Shown here: piece by piece, positions 17,794-26,376 of the stretch | Layout: every line of letters starts with the position of its first letter | Position numbering within the stretch: the stretch's first letter is position 1 | DNA from: a virus | Strand: one strand, 5' to 3' | DNA: 64,000 nucleotides | IMG/VR virus record: IMGVR_UViG_3300042555_002918 | Coordinates: 81,389-145,388 of that record | Position numbers and translations under genes: made by a program | Notes under the pieces: model-generated | What the model saw: only the letters and a program-made list of their open reading frames with translations | What the model was told of the DNA's origin: nothing | The model's database searches: none

Positions 17794-18102
17794 TTAGGAA
17801 ATGATACCGCCTCCTGAGTTGGGGGTAATTAGGCCGCTTGTCTTCTCCCTAAACGCGGCATCGATTTGAGCGTTGGGTGCCATGGAATAGTGAATTGCAT
17901 TTTTTGGTAGTGTCACATTCTTCGGGTCTTCAGCGAATGGGAACGCAACAAAGAAAGCTAGTCCAGGTTTGGTCGGGTCACCTGTCGGAACCACCTGGAA
18001 CGCCAGAGCATCAAAGAATGTCACCGTGCCATCCGTGTTCTCAGATAACTTCGCAATCAAATATTCCCCTGAGTTAATGCGAACCACTTTAGTATCTGCC
18101 AT
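17794..18102 (-). CDS. Sm-like domain protein (T4-like conserved)
   Basis: KVVRINSGEYLIAK; C-terminal SGLITP; SD AGGAG. Confidence 0.7.
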   Translation of the reverse strand: MADTKVVRINSGEYLIAKLSENTDGTVTFFDALAFQVVPTGDPTKPGLAFFVAFPFAEDPKNVTLPKNAIHYSMAPNAQIDAAFREKTSGLITPNSGGGIIS

Positions 18103-18110
18103 ATGGACTC

Positions 18111-18407
18111 CTATTTCATAAACACATAAGCCCATAGGGCCGCTGAAAGCATGTAGAGTAAGTTTATCCGACTGATAAGCTTGCCCAGCATTACCAATTC
18201 CCGACTTGCCCTTTTCACATACAGTAAAGTTACAATCGCTAGCCCTTTAACGGCGACAAGGGCCGTCCCTGGCCCAATTGCGTACATCAAAGACTTAATT
18301 AGCGGATTACCCTCAACCTCCATTCCAATTCCAAGACAACGCACTCCTGCATACGTAAATAATCCATCAATGACCTGGAGGATGATGTGTATGTGAAAAG
18401 GGCACAT
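18111..18407 (-). CDS. DUF5658-like membrane protein
   Basis: LQ..DG.FTY.G....EGNPL; three hydrophobic segments. Confidence 0.75.
   Translation of the reverse strand: MCPFHIHIILQVIDGLFTYAGVRCLGIGMEVEGNPLIKSLMYAIGPGTALVAVKGLAIVTLLYVKRASRELVMLGKLISRINLLYMLSAALWAYVFMK
18161..18195 (-). promoter_or_regulatory. early/middle-type promoter motif
   Basis: GGTAATGCTGGGC-N16-TAAACT. Confidence 0.7.
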
Positions 18408-18418
18408 TTTGACCCCTC

Positions 18419-19117
18419 CTACTTGTGCCGAAGTACAAGTACGGTGTGTCCTGAGGTCAGATCGAATTGCTCAATCTGAAACTCTAGGGGCGAATCTTTA
18501 AGGGACTCTGTCCAAAGATGCGCATCATCTTGGGTCATTTTTACAACGTAGTGCCCCTTCTTTTCGCTAAGTTGAAACCGAGATGGAGCCTCTTCCCAAA
18601 GCCAAGCCTCCGCTTCAGTTACACCCTTTCTGCCTTTTGTCTTCTCTCGTCCCTCACAGATTCGAACTCCATCTCTCATCAGTTCGGCGATGCTGCGAAC
18701 GTCAAATAGCACTCGGTTGCGAAAGGTGTCCGGGTCAAAGCCAAGCACTCGACATGACCACTTGAACGAGAGAGCTTCCTCGGAACTGCTCAGAATAGCA
18801 GCCAGAGCGGAGCGTCTGCGAGTCCGGCATTGCTTACGGTAAGCACCACTCTGACCGCCGTCTTTAGAGTTGATGTAGAGATCTCTAACCATTCGCAACA
18901 AGTGGTACACAATCAGATTGCGCTCAGCGCAGTCCGACAGCACCGAATCTTGCTGCTCATCAATCTCGTAGTACGCACCGGCCCCGTGCTTGCCACGTGG
19001 CGTAATATATTGGGGCGAACCCTCTGCACGAACATCAACCGAATTAACAACAACCTTTGCGTTAGAACCGAACATAGATCTCTCCCGTTGGGTCACAAGG
19101 ACCCATTCAAAAGCCAA
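18419..19117 (-). CDS. hypothetical protein
   Basis: Long ORF in a co-directional run; start uncertain. Confidence 0.55.
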   Translation of the reverse strand: MAFEWVLVTQRERSMFGSNAKVVVNSVDVRAEGSPQYITPRGKHGAGAYYEIDEQQDSVLSDCAERNLIVYHLLRMVRDLYINSKDGGQSGAYRKQCRTRRRSALAAILSSSEEALSFKWSCRVLGFDPDTFRNRVLFDVRSIAELMRDGVRICEGREKTKGRKGVTEAEAWLWEEAPSRFQLSEKKGHYVVKMTQDDAHLWTESLKDSPLEFQIEQFDLTSGHTVLVLRHK

Positions 19118-19145
19118 AATTTGAGGTTTCAGGGGTGGCTAGCTG

Positions 19146-19643
19146 CTACGCGGGAGCAGCTTTACGGGGCACCTTGTCAGGTGGCTTTTTGGTCTTTTTA
19201 GGTTTCGGTTCATCTTGGGCTTGAAGGTTTTCGCCCTGGTCATCTGCCGTACTGGTCTCCCCCATGCCAAGGGACGACATGATCTCGTTGAAGGCCTGCT
19301 TAGCCGATTCATCAGACGAGAATTTTATTACCTCAGGCAAAAACCCTGTGGTGGAAACAACTACCGATGCATTTTCGAGGTAGAGGGCAGTGATAAGGTC
19401 GAAGCGAAAAGTCACCGCACCAAACGTGATGAATGGAACGTCCTTCTGGCTTGAGCGGACCAAGTTGCAGATATCACGGTAGAGCGCTGAAGCCTTTTCA
19501 GGATTCTCTTCGGAAAACGAGAAGGCTTGCGGGCGGTCTTTTACCGATAACTTCACCTGGCTTGTTGCCAGATCAAGAGAGATTCGGTTTAACTTGGCTA
19601 CCGATACTGCGACGTCGTTAATTCTTATAATTTGTAGCGTCAT
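19146..19643 (-). CDS. hypothetical protein with two tandem beta-strands-plus-helix modules and a basic tail
   Basis: ATG at 19643 with AGGAG SD; internal structural repeat. Confidence 0.6.
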   Translation of the reverse strand: MTLQIIRINDVAVSVAKLNRISLDLATSQVKLSVKDRPQAFSFSEENPEKASALYRDICNLVRSSQKDVPFITFGAVTFRFDLITALYLENASVVVSTTGFLPEVIKFSSDESAKQAFNEIMSSLGMGETSTADDQGENLQAQDEPKPKKTKKPPDKVPRKAAPA

Positions 19644-19647
19644 ATCG

Positions 19648-20247
19648 TTACGCTCCTCTCTTAATTCGGTCGACGATGTAGCGCCGGAACGCCCTCGCTT
19701 CGGAGATTCGAAATGAAAGGGAGTAACGTTGGTACTCGGCTGGGGCGTATCCAAGTACCCTTTGAATATGCTCTGCTTTTCGTATCAGCGCCCCAAGTTG
19801 TCCCCCAACAAAGAAGAGATCATCAAGGGGAAGCTCAATTGCCGCTTCGTATACCGTGCGTGCCGAAATAGCCTGGTAGAGCTCCAAAAGAATGTCCTGG
19901 ATATCATCAGTCAAAGTGGTACCTCTCAATTCTGACAACGAGGGTACGTAACGGCGACTGATGCCGAGCATTACCTTTTCAGCGACAAGTTCACTTTTTG
20001 TGATGCTCGGACCTGGATTGGCTAAGTTACGCGACTTCTGTTTCATACTGCTCCACGTCGAATATCGGTCTTGCACAGAGGCATTGAGGCACATATGCTC
20101 AAGTCCTTCGGCCCGACCTTGCTTCAGGTCTGGATAGATTCGGCAGCCTTCAAACAGCGCGTAATACGAAAAGCTCTGGTCGACCGCCCCAAAAGGGAAG
20201 AAGTCAATAGAAATTCGATGAGATACGTCGAGTAACTTTTTTTTCAA
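19648..20247 (-). CDS. hypothetical protein
   Basis: 199-aa ORF with TTG start; contains an internal promoter motif. Confidence 0.45.
   Translation of the reverse strand: MKKKLLDVSHRISIDFFPFGAVDQSFSYYALFEGCRIYPDLKQGRAEGLEHMCLNASVQDRYSTWSSMKQKSRNLANPGPSITKSELVAEKVMLGISRRYVPSLSELRGTTLTDDIQDILLELYQAISARTVYEAAIELPLDDLFFVGGQLGALIRKAEHIQRVLGYAPAEYQRYSLSFRISEARAFRRYIVDRIKRGA
19941..19975 (-). promoter_or_regulatory. early/middle-type promoter motif
   Basis: GGTAATGCTCGGC-N16-TACCCT. Confidence 0.75.
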
Positions 20248-20538
20248 TTAAATAGCGCCCGTTTGTTATCTATGCGAAATCACATCAGCTCCTAGTGAGC
20301 TTTTGACGTGTTTTGCCTGTAACTGAGAGGTACTCGTAGAGACAGGTTCCGCATTTGTTTTTGGCGGTACCCGGGCTTGATTCGACGTTCTTCGTTTTTT
20401 GAATAACTTGTTGCCGATCTAAGCGTGTTGTGTGCCGCTTACAACTCTGATGCCAGTCATCATGTTGCGAATGGCACATGTTCAGCCGAGAATCCTGCCA
20501 GTAGACCCGAGCGTGAATCCGCAGATATTGACAGAGCT

Positions 20539-20721
20539 TTAGGTTCTAATGCCGAGGGAGATTTTGAATTTGGTACTCGCAGTGCTGATTGAAATCTTGC
20601 TGGCGCAGATTGAGTTCTTGTCGGGAAACAAAGACACTTCAATGTCTCGGATATGGATGACCAGCCGGTATCCTACTCCCGCCGTCCCGTATCGTGTCCT
20701 GCGAACTCTTACTAATCTCAT
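20539..20721 (-). CDS. small basic hypothetical protein
   Basis: First ATG downstream of the promoter motif at 20743-20777. Confidence 0.4.
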   Translation of the reverse strand: MRLVRVRRTRYGTAGVGYRLVIHIRDIEVSLFPDKNSICASKISISTASTKFKISLGIRT

Positions 20722-20742
20722 ACAGCAAAACCCTTATGTACT

Positions 20743-20777
20743 GTGATAGCAGAACGAGACAGGTGCCGAGCATTACC
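20743..20777 (-). promoter_or_regulatory. early/middle-type promoter motif
   Basis: GGTAATGCTCGGC-N13-TGC-TATCAC. Confidence 0.7.
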
Positions 20778-20895
20778 GATTCTGAGTTTGGTGCGGCAAA
20801 GCTCGATATAAATAGCTATGCGGGGCAAAACCCAGCTTTGGGTGACACGCTAAATAGTGGTCGAGACGCGTTTTATACTTTGGAAGATTTCAACA

Positions 20896-21303
20896 ATGGC
20901 AAATGGCATGTACTCAAAGGGCCTTGAGGCTTTTTTGACCGGTAACGTGAACTGGGAGGCTGATACGATTAAGGCGGTTCTCTTGGACCTTGATCGATAC
21001 TCCCCGAATCTCCTCTCCCATCAGGTGCTCGCCGATATCCCATCAGCGGCCAGGGTATCTATTTCCCCTGCCCTTACCGCTAAAACGGCTACCAATGGGG
21101 TGGCGGACGCGGGGGATGTAACCTTCCCATCTGTGTCTGGCCCTCAGTCTGAGGGCATTGCTCTCTTTAAAGACACTGGGAATGAGGCTACATCGACCCT
21201 TATCTGCTTTATCGATACAGCAGGTGGGCTCCCGGTCTATCCCGGAGGAAGTGACATTTCGGTGGTGTGGGATAACGGACTGAACAAGATCTTTAGGCTC
21301 TAA
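20896..21303 (+). CDS. virion/tail-associated protein
   Basis: MAN.MY..G.E.FL.G..NW..DTIK.VL..GVADA.DVTF..LI..ID..GLP..P.G.DI.V.W...KIF.L; TAAATA upstream; terminator after. Confidence 0.75.
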   Translation: MANGMYSKGLEAFLTGNVNWEADTIKAVLLDLDRYSPNLLSHQVLADIPSAARVSISPALTAKTATNGVADAGDVTFPSVSGPQSEGIALFKDTGNEATSTLICFIDTAGGLPVYPGGSDISVVWDNGLNKIFRL

Positions 21304-21323
21304 CCCAGGGGTCACATCTGTTC

Positions 21324-21350
21324 AAGGGGAGCCGTGAGCTCCCCTTTTTT
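21324..21350 (+). terminator. intrinsic terminator
   Basis: GGGGAGC-CGTGA-GCTCCCC followed by T6. Confidence 0.85.
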
Positions 21351-21416
21351 ATGCTGAAGACCAACAAAGGGGTTTGGGAATCGGCACTTAGAAAGTTTTT
21401 CACACATTTTAAAAAA

Positions 21417-21451
21417 GGTAATGCTCGGCGCTTAATGCTCTCCCGTAGGCT
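21417..21451 (+). promoter_or_regulatory. early/middle-type promoter motif
   Basis: GGTAATGCTCGGC-N16-TAGGCT. Confidence 0.75.
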
Positions 21452-21490
21452 GGTCAAACTGAAATTAACCGTTTTTTACGGAGTTTGAAC

Positions 21491-21697
21491 ATGGCAACGA
21501 AGAAAGCAGCAAAGGCGACCAAGGCAAAGACAACGACGGCAGGGAAATCTACGGCTGAGATCCTCACCCAGACAAACAGCCGAGTGGCTTGCTTAAGCGC
21601 AGCAAAGAAGAAGGCAGCTAAGAAGAAGGCAGCAAATCGGGTGGTATCGCTTTTGACCCGAGCAAAGGCAGCGCTTCTTCGCCTTGTGGGTCGTTAA
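21491..21697 (+). CDS. Lys/Ala-rich histone-like protein
   Basis: ATKKAAKATKAK..AAKKKAAKKKAA; GGAG SD; promoter at 21417. Confidence 0.7.
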   Translation: MATKKAAKATKAKTTTAGKSTAEILTQTNSRVACLSAAKKKAAKKKAANRVVSLLTRAKAALLRLVGR

Positions 21698-21726
21698 TTG
21701 TACAGAGTAGCTTGAGGAGGAGGTTT

Positions 21727-22068
21727 ATGAGTTTGTTTCATCAGAAATCAGAAGTTCTTAGGCGTCTTTCTCAGGCTATTACTCAGCTTGAGGAGGCGGT
21801 CTACGCGGCGAAGGACACTATCGAGAGTAAGCCCGAGTATCCGATTGAGGCTATTGAGCGCCTGGACCACTATCTGAACATTGTGGCCCAGCAGCGGTAC
21901 TCGCTCCTTACCATTTCAGACCTCATCGACCAGGGGGACATGGAGTCCCTTACCCAGGAGGTCAGCAAGGTCAATGGGCTCTCGGCTATGATCCGCGAGG
22001 ACGCCAAGGAGCTCCTTGGGGTCTTGGCTAACCCTGACCTTAAGGTAGTCCGGCCCGAGTACAACTAG
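21727..22068 (+). CDS. helical hypothetical protein
   Basis: Strong SD GGAGGAGG before ATG; amphipathic helices. Confidence 0.7.
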   Translation: MSLFHQKSEVLRRLSQAITQLEEAVYAAKDTIESKPEYPIEAIERLDHYLNIVAQQRYSLLTISDLIDQGDMESLTQEVSKVNGLSAMIREDAKELLGVLANPDLKVVRPEYN

Positions 22069-22094
22069 CCAGTCCGCCTTCAAACGCAGGGCAC

Positions 22095-22145
22095 AAAAAA
22101 GCCCCGGTGTCGCATGGTGAGTGCGGCATCGGGGCTTCTTCTTTT
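22095..22145. terminator. bidirectional intrinsic terminator
   Basis: A6-GCCCCGGTGTCGCA-loop-TGCGGCATCGGGGC-T-rich. Confidence 0.8.
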
Positions 22146-22291
22146 GGGGGTCGTGAGTGGTTTGGTGGGTAGCGGATCATCTGTCCGCTTTATCTGTTTG
22201 CCTTTGCTTTTGACTTCTTGTTACTGTTTAAGAGAGCGGACATTTTGGGCTCACTTCGTTCGATGCTTTTGAGTAAAACGCACTCGAACTT

Positions 22292-22314
22292 CGTGGTCAT
22301 AAAATGGTCCAAAA
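22292..22314 (+). repeat. putative integrase arm-type site (left)
   Basis: CGTGGTCATAAAATGGTCCAAAA, near-identical to 22587-22607. Confidence 0.65.
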
Positions 22315-22439
22315 CATCGAAAAACACGTAGCGAAAAGTGGCTACAAAGAGCAAAAACGAACGCACAAACCGTTAGGAGTTTTGCTTTGAAAAGTGTGGT
22401 GTTTTAGGGGAATAAATAACCATTTCAGTGAGATAGAAA

Positions 22440-22490
22440 TGGAGCGGGTGAAGAGATTCGAACTCTCGACCTCTTCCTTGGCAAGGAAGA
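22440..22490 (-). mobile_element. attP core: 3' part of tRNA-Gly(GCC)
   Basis: Reverse complement TCTTCC-TTGCCAA-GGAAGAGGTC-GAGAG-TTCGAAT-CTCTT-CACCCGCT-CCA gives anticodon arm, T arm, acceptor 3' strand and CCA. The 5' acceptor strand and D arm are absent. About 180 bp upstream of the integrase. Confidence 0.88.
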
Positions 22491-22572
22491 CAGTCGAGAG
22501 TTAGATTCGAGGTGAGACTACCTTAACCTGCTGATTTACCTACCCTTATCACCTTCTCATTTTTCAAACATA

Positions 22573-22607
22573 GGTCAAAAAAGGTCCGTGGTCCAAAATG
22601 GTCCAAA
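22573..22607 (+). repeat. putative integrase arm-type sites (right)
   Basis: GGTCAAAAAAGGTCCGTGGTCCAAAATGGTCCAAA, tandem GGTC(C)AAAA units. Confidence 0.65.
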
Positions 22608-22631
22608 TTTTGACCCGCAAAAATGCCCTAG

Positions 22632-22666
22632 GGGAATGTTTGAGCGTTCGTCATAGCTCTTAAGTT
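22632..22666 (+). promoter_or_regulatory. variant promoter motif upstream of integrase
   Basis: GGGAATGTTTGAG-N16-TAAGTT; close to the 56603 variant. Confidence 0.5.
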
Positions 22667-22673
22667 AGGAGGC

Positions 22674-23792
22674 ATGATGAAGCAAAAAAACATCGTCGAG
22701 CGCACCACTGCTAATGGCGAAAAGCGGTATCGAGTGAGGGTAAGGCTTAAGGGGGTCTACGTGAGCAAGACATTTCGCTCTAAGGCCCATGCCCAACAAT
22801 GGCTCCAGAATCAGTCGAGGACCATCGGAGCATCGGCTGAACTTGGAATCCTGGATGACTCAGACTACAGCACAAAGACCGTCAAGGATGCTGTGGAGTC
22901 CTTCCGGACATTCAAGCTCCCTACCCTGACATCGGGGGAGAATAACCGGAGTCTGCTGGATGAGATTGTCAGGACCCTAGGAACCAAGAAGCTTAACGAC
23001 GTGGACCACGACGACGTGTTCCTGGCGGTAAGGGAATATCGTAGTGGGGGGAAAAGGGGTCGGTCTGAATCGTCGGCCAATAAGTTTATCAACCTCATCT
23101 CGTCGGTGTTCACCGAGGCAAGGCGAAAGAAGTGGACCAAGAACAAGCCCACCGAGTTTGTTAAGCGATACGATGAAGAGAGGTTTCAGCGAACCAGGTC
23201 TCTCAGCAAGGAGGAGGAGGAAAGGCTTATTAAGGAGGCAGAGAAGAACATTTACCCAAACTCCGTAGTTTCAATCTGGTTGGCCCTCCTCACCGGATAC
23301 CGGAAGGACTGGATCCGCCATATGAAGTGGGACTACATCAACTTTGACAGGAGAATGATCCAGCTACCCTTGGGGAAGATTAACCCTCATGGAAAGACTG
23401 GTAAGAATACAGCTAAGGGTTTACCCATCGTTGAGAAGCTCTATCAAGAGTTGAAAAAGCATAGAGCCCTCTTGCGTGCAGCTGGCGTCAATAGTCCCTA
23501 CCTGTTTCCTCAGGAGAGTAACGCTAATAAGGCTTGGGACATCATAGCTGCGTATAAGAGCGCAGTAAAAAGAGCTGGTATTGAGAACTTAACGTTCCAC
23601 GACCTTCGACATAGCGCGGCGACTAACCTGGTAATGAAGGGGATTCATCAGCGGATTATCGGAGAGATGCTTGGGCACAAGGACGCTAGGAGTACTCAGC
23701 GATATACCCATGTGCCAACTGAGCATATGAGAAATGAACTTGAGAAAGCCTTTTCCTATTCAAATGATGGAGGTGAAGATGAGACCGTGTAA
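22674..23792 (+). CDS. int: tyrosine integrase
   Basis: N-terminal arm-binding-like YRVRVR..SKTF..K..AQQW; catalytic TGYR, HDLRH, LGH, TQRYTH all intact. Confidence 0.95.
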   Translation: MMKQKNIVERTTANGEKRYRVRVRLKGVYVSKTFRSKAHAQQWLQNQSRTIGASAELGILDDSDYSTKTVKDAVESFRTFKLPTLTSGENNRSLLDEIVRTLGTKKLNDVDHDDVFLAVREYRSGGKRGRSESSANKFINLISSVFTEARRKKWTKNKPTEFVKRYDEERFQRTRSLSKEEEERLIKEAEKNIYPNSVVSIWLALLTGYRKDWIRHMKWDYINFDRRMIQLPLGKINPHGKTGKNTAKGLPIVEKLYQELKKHRALLRAAGVNSPYLFPQESNANKAWDIIAAYKSAVKRAGIENLTFHDLRHSAATNLVMKGIHQRIIGEMLGHKDARSTQRYTHVPTEHMRNELEKAFSYSNDGGEDETV

Positions 23793-24003
23793 GTACCCAG
23801 ACTACGTAAAAGCCCAAGACCTAGCAGATGAATTTGGAATAGAGCCATTGCTAGCCAAGGCAATGATTTACTTCCGGCAGATCAACGGCCTATGCGATGC
23901 GGGAGCTATTATGATTTTGCATGGCTCAAGGGTCATGATCCACAAGGAGAAGTTCCAGAACTGGATGGAACGAAAAAAGCTTCCAAAGAGCGTCATCTGG
24001 TAA
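23779..24003 (+). CDS. excisionase-like (MerR/AlpA-type wHTH) protein 1
   Basis: Overlaps int end; R..NGL....I....RVMI....FQNW. Confidence 0.6.
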   Translation: MRPCKYPDYVKAQDLADEFGIEPLLAKAMIYFRQINGLCDAGAIMILHGSRVMIHKEKFQNWMERKKLPKSVIW

Positions 24004-24065
24004 TGTTGGAGCGATGATCGTAGTTGATAAATTGAAACTCGACAGGATGAAACACCTGGAGGGTT

Positions 24066-24287
24066 ATGACAAACGACACCGCTACAATATCCAATCTTCT
24101 AACACCAAAGCAGCTTGTGGAGCGTCATCGGTGGCTGACAATGGGTACTCTCAGGAAATACCTTTTTCACCGAATGTACAACGGTCTGGCTGAACAGAAA
24201 GTTGTCATTGCTCTATCTCAAAAGAAGCTTTTGATAGACGAAGCGCGGTTCATAAATTGGGTCAGATCTCATGGTCCCACCTGCTAA
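24066..24287 (+). CDS. excisionase-like (MerR/AlpA-type wHTH) protein 2
   Basis: LLTPKQL..TLR..R..NGL..KKLLID..RFINW; paralog of the preceding gene. Confidence 0.7.
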   Translation: MTNDTATISNLLTPKQLVERHRWLTMGTLRKYLFHRMYNGLAEQKVVIALSQKKLLIDEARFINWVRSHGPTC

Positions 24288-24298
24288 GACATTTAACT

Positions 24299-24323
24299 AG
24301 GCCCTCCTCGCGAGGGCCTTTTC
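24299..24323 (+). terminator. intrinsic terminator
   Basis: AGGCCCTC-CTCGC-GAGGGCCT-TTT closes the int-xis operon. Confidence 0.75.
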
Positions 24324-24351
24324 ATTTCTCCCGTTCTGACATTCTCCAAAA

Positions 24352-24386
24352 GGTAATGCTCGGCGATTAGTCCACTTCCCTACCCT
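24352..24386 (+). promoter_or_regulatory. early/middle-type promoter motif (HNH)
   Basis: GGTAATGCTCGGC-N16-TACCCT. Confidence 0.75.
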
Positions 24387-24392
24387 GGGAAA

Positions 24393-24986
24393 ATGGAACA
24401 GCGCACATTACAAATTCCTCAGGAGTTCATTTTAGAAGGTGAAGAGTGGAAGCCAATGCCAAAATATCCCGACCTCTTCGGCATTTCCAACCTAGGGAGG
24501 TCATGGAGCATTACGAAGCAAAAAATCATCAAGCCCTGGAAAGATAAAGACGGGTATCTCCAATATCGCAATTACGTAGCAGGCCTGGACTGTATGATTT
24601 CCTTTAGACCTCACCGCGAAGTGGCTGCTGCCTTTATACCCAACCCACACAATTACCCTCAGGTTCACCATATTGACGACGACAAGCTTAACAACTCAGC
24701 TTCTAACTTGAAGTATGGCACAGCCAAAATGAACCAACTGGATGCTGAGAGAAATAAGGTAGAGGGCTACGCTCATCGCAGGGCAGTCGTTGGGATTCAT
24801 ATCGAGACCGGAGAAAAGAAAAGATACCCAAGCGTACGTGACGTTGAGAAGGACGGCTTTAACTTCAGTAACGTCCGCCAGTGCTGTAAGGGCAAACGGC
24901 ACAAAGCTCATGGGTACAGGTGGAAATACGCCGACGAGGCGAATGTTTCAAACATGTTCTTGGTAGATAAAATCCCTGCCGAATAG
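24393..24986 (+). CDS. HNH homing endonuclease (NUMOD4-HNH-NUMOD1-like)
   Basis: EEWKP..ISNLGR, HREVA.AFIPNP, VHHIDDDKLNN..SNL; C-terminal HTH with GYRWKY. Confidence 0.9.
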   Translation: MEQRTLQIPQEFILEGEEWKPMPKYPDLFGISNLGRSWSITKQKIIKPWKDKDGYLQYRNYVAGLDCMISFRPHREVAAAFIPNPHNYPQVHHIDDDKLNNSASNLKYGTAKMNQLDAERNKVEGYAHRRAVVGIHIETGEKKRYPSVRDVEKDGFNFSNVRQCCKGKRHKAHGYRWKYADEANVSNMFLVDKIPAE

Positions 24987-25046
24987 CTCTCTACCCGAGC
25001 TGCCGAATCGCTAAATAGCTATCGAGACGTAAACGGCAGGGTAGCT

Positions 25047-25319
25047 ATGAGCGAAAAGCAGTGTTCGATGTGCAAAGAGACAAAGCCCATAGAGGCTTTC
25101 GGGCGCAATAAGAAGGGCGACAAGGTCATCGTGCGCTCTGCTTGTAAAGCCTGCACAAATGCCAAGAAGAAGGCTCAGCGGGACGCCAATCCGGCTAAGG
25201 TAAAAGAGATCCTTCGCCGCTCCTACCAAAAGCACCGCGAAAAGCGTTTGGCCTATGCTAAAAGGAAAAGAGAAGAGTCTCTAACAAAGGTAAAGACTGA
25301 GACTGATACTGAGAAGTAG
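25047..25319 (+). CDS. Zn-finger protein with basic tail (no nuclease domain)
   Basis: KQCSMCKETKP...F...CKAC. Confidence 0.65.
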   Translation: MSEKQCSMCKETKPIEAFGRNKKGDKVIVRSACKACTNAKKKAQRDANPAKVKEILRRSYQKHREKRLAYAKRKREESLTKVKTETDTEK

Positions 25320-25321
25320 CC

Positions 25322-25585
25322 CTACTTCCCCTTGGTCGCTTTGTCTAACATCCGGGCTAGGTCATATTGGTCGAGTCCTAGCTTTTCAAACCACTCGGTA
25401 ATGAGAGAGACCTTTAACTGATAAATGCCGCTGGTATACTGACGGTAGTACTGCCGAAGGATTCCTAGCTCCTTGGCGATTGCATAGTCAGTCATCCCCG
25501 TACGATCATTAAGCAGGTCGAAAAAGAGCACCTGATTGAATGAACCTTTGGGCTTAGTTTGACGTTTGCTCTTTTTCTTAATCAT
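25322..25585 (-). CDS. XRE/HTH DNA-binding protein, candidate repressor
   Basis: GMTDYAIAKELGILRQYYRQY.SG helix-turn-helix pattern. Confidence 0.6.
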   Translation of the reverse strand: MIKKKSKRQTKPKGSFNQVLFFDLLNDRTGMTDYAIAKELGILRQYYRQYTSGIYQLKVSLITEWFEKLGLDQYDLARMLDKATKGK

Positions 25586-25666
25586 ATCGTTAGGGTTAAA
25601 AATGTGTCAGACTTCAACTATGGCACCCCGTTCTACTGAGACAAACGGCAGTATTAAATAAGTCAC

Positions 25667-25975
25667 ATGAGCGACCTTGAAGCCGAAAAACTCATCGAAA
25701 CTGCCTGGAACAATGGCTACACCGGACCTTTAGGCCCTCGTCCTCTATGTTATCAACTCATTGTCGAGGGTAACAATGTAATTTTCTCCCTGGAGACTGA
25801 TGCAGATCAGGAATTGCGCCATCTGTGTCTAAATTGTTTACTGATGGACAAACACTTCGTCAGGGCGCTCCTAAAGGGCGCAGAACCACGAGAGGTTCTG
25901 TGCGCGATGGTTTGCATGTCTGAACGGGAAAAGGTCAAGTTTCTCACCGAAACTATTTTGGCCCAAAGCGTTTAG
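25667..25975 (+). CDS. hypothetical protein
   Basis: TAAATA 6 nt before ATG. Confidence 0.55.
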   Translation: MSDLEAEKLIETAWNNGYTGPLGPRPLCYQLIVEGNNVIFSLETDADQELRHLCLNCLLMDKHFVRALLKGAEPREVLCAMVCMSEREKVKFLTETILAQSV

Positions 25976-26051
25976 TGAAGCCTGTTTGAAGTCGAACTAC
26001 CTCTTAACGGGGTAGTGTATGCTGCTATTAGAAACGAATCTCTCAGGCAAT

Positions 26052-26375
26052 ATGTCCGGCACCAAGCACTGCGCCAAATGTGACCGCAACCGGTCCACTA
26101 ACCTCTTCTATAAGAGGGCTCAATCTAAGGATGGTCTTTCCTCTTACTGTATCGATTGTTGGAAGGCACTCAATGAGAAGAGGAAAGAAGAGATGTACGC
26201 TCAGCAGGCTGAGTATAGAGATGAGCATCGAGACGAGCGAAGAAAGACCTACAGAAAGTACTGGAAAGAGAACGCAGAAGAGATTAAGGCCAGGCGCCGC
26301 GCTCGCTATGCAGAGCTAAAAAAAGAGGCCGCAAAAGCGGCCCAAAACAAAAAGAAAACCTCGAAAAAACCTTAA
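26052..26375 (+). CDS. Zn-finger protein with charged helical tail
   Basis: KHCAKC...FYK...DGL.SYCIDC. Confidence 0.65.
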   Translation: MSGTKHCAKCDRNRSTNLFYKRAQSKDGLSSYCIDCWKALNEKRKEEMYAQQAEYRDEHRDERRKTYRKYWKENAEEIKARRRARYAELKKEAAKAAQNKKKTSKKP

Positions 26376-26376
26376 A

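Noticed and set aside
20285-20479. 64-aa minus-strand ORF
   Set aside because: No SD, motif or other support.
22440-22515. Intact tRNA-Gly gene
   Set aside because: The sequence 5' of the anticodon arm has no acceptor strand complementary to CACCCGC and no D arm, so it is treated as the attP core.
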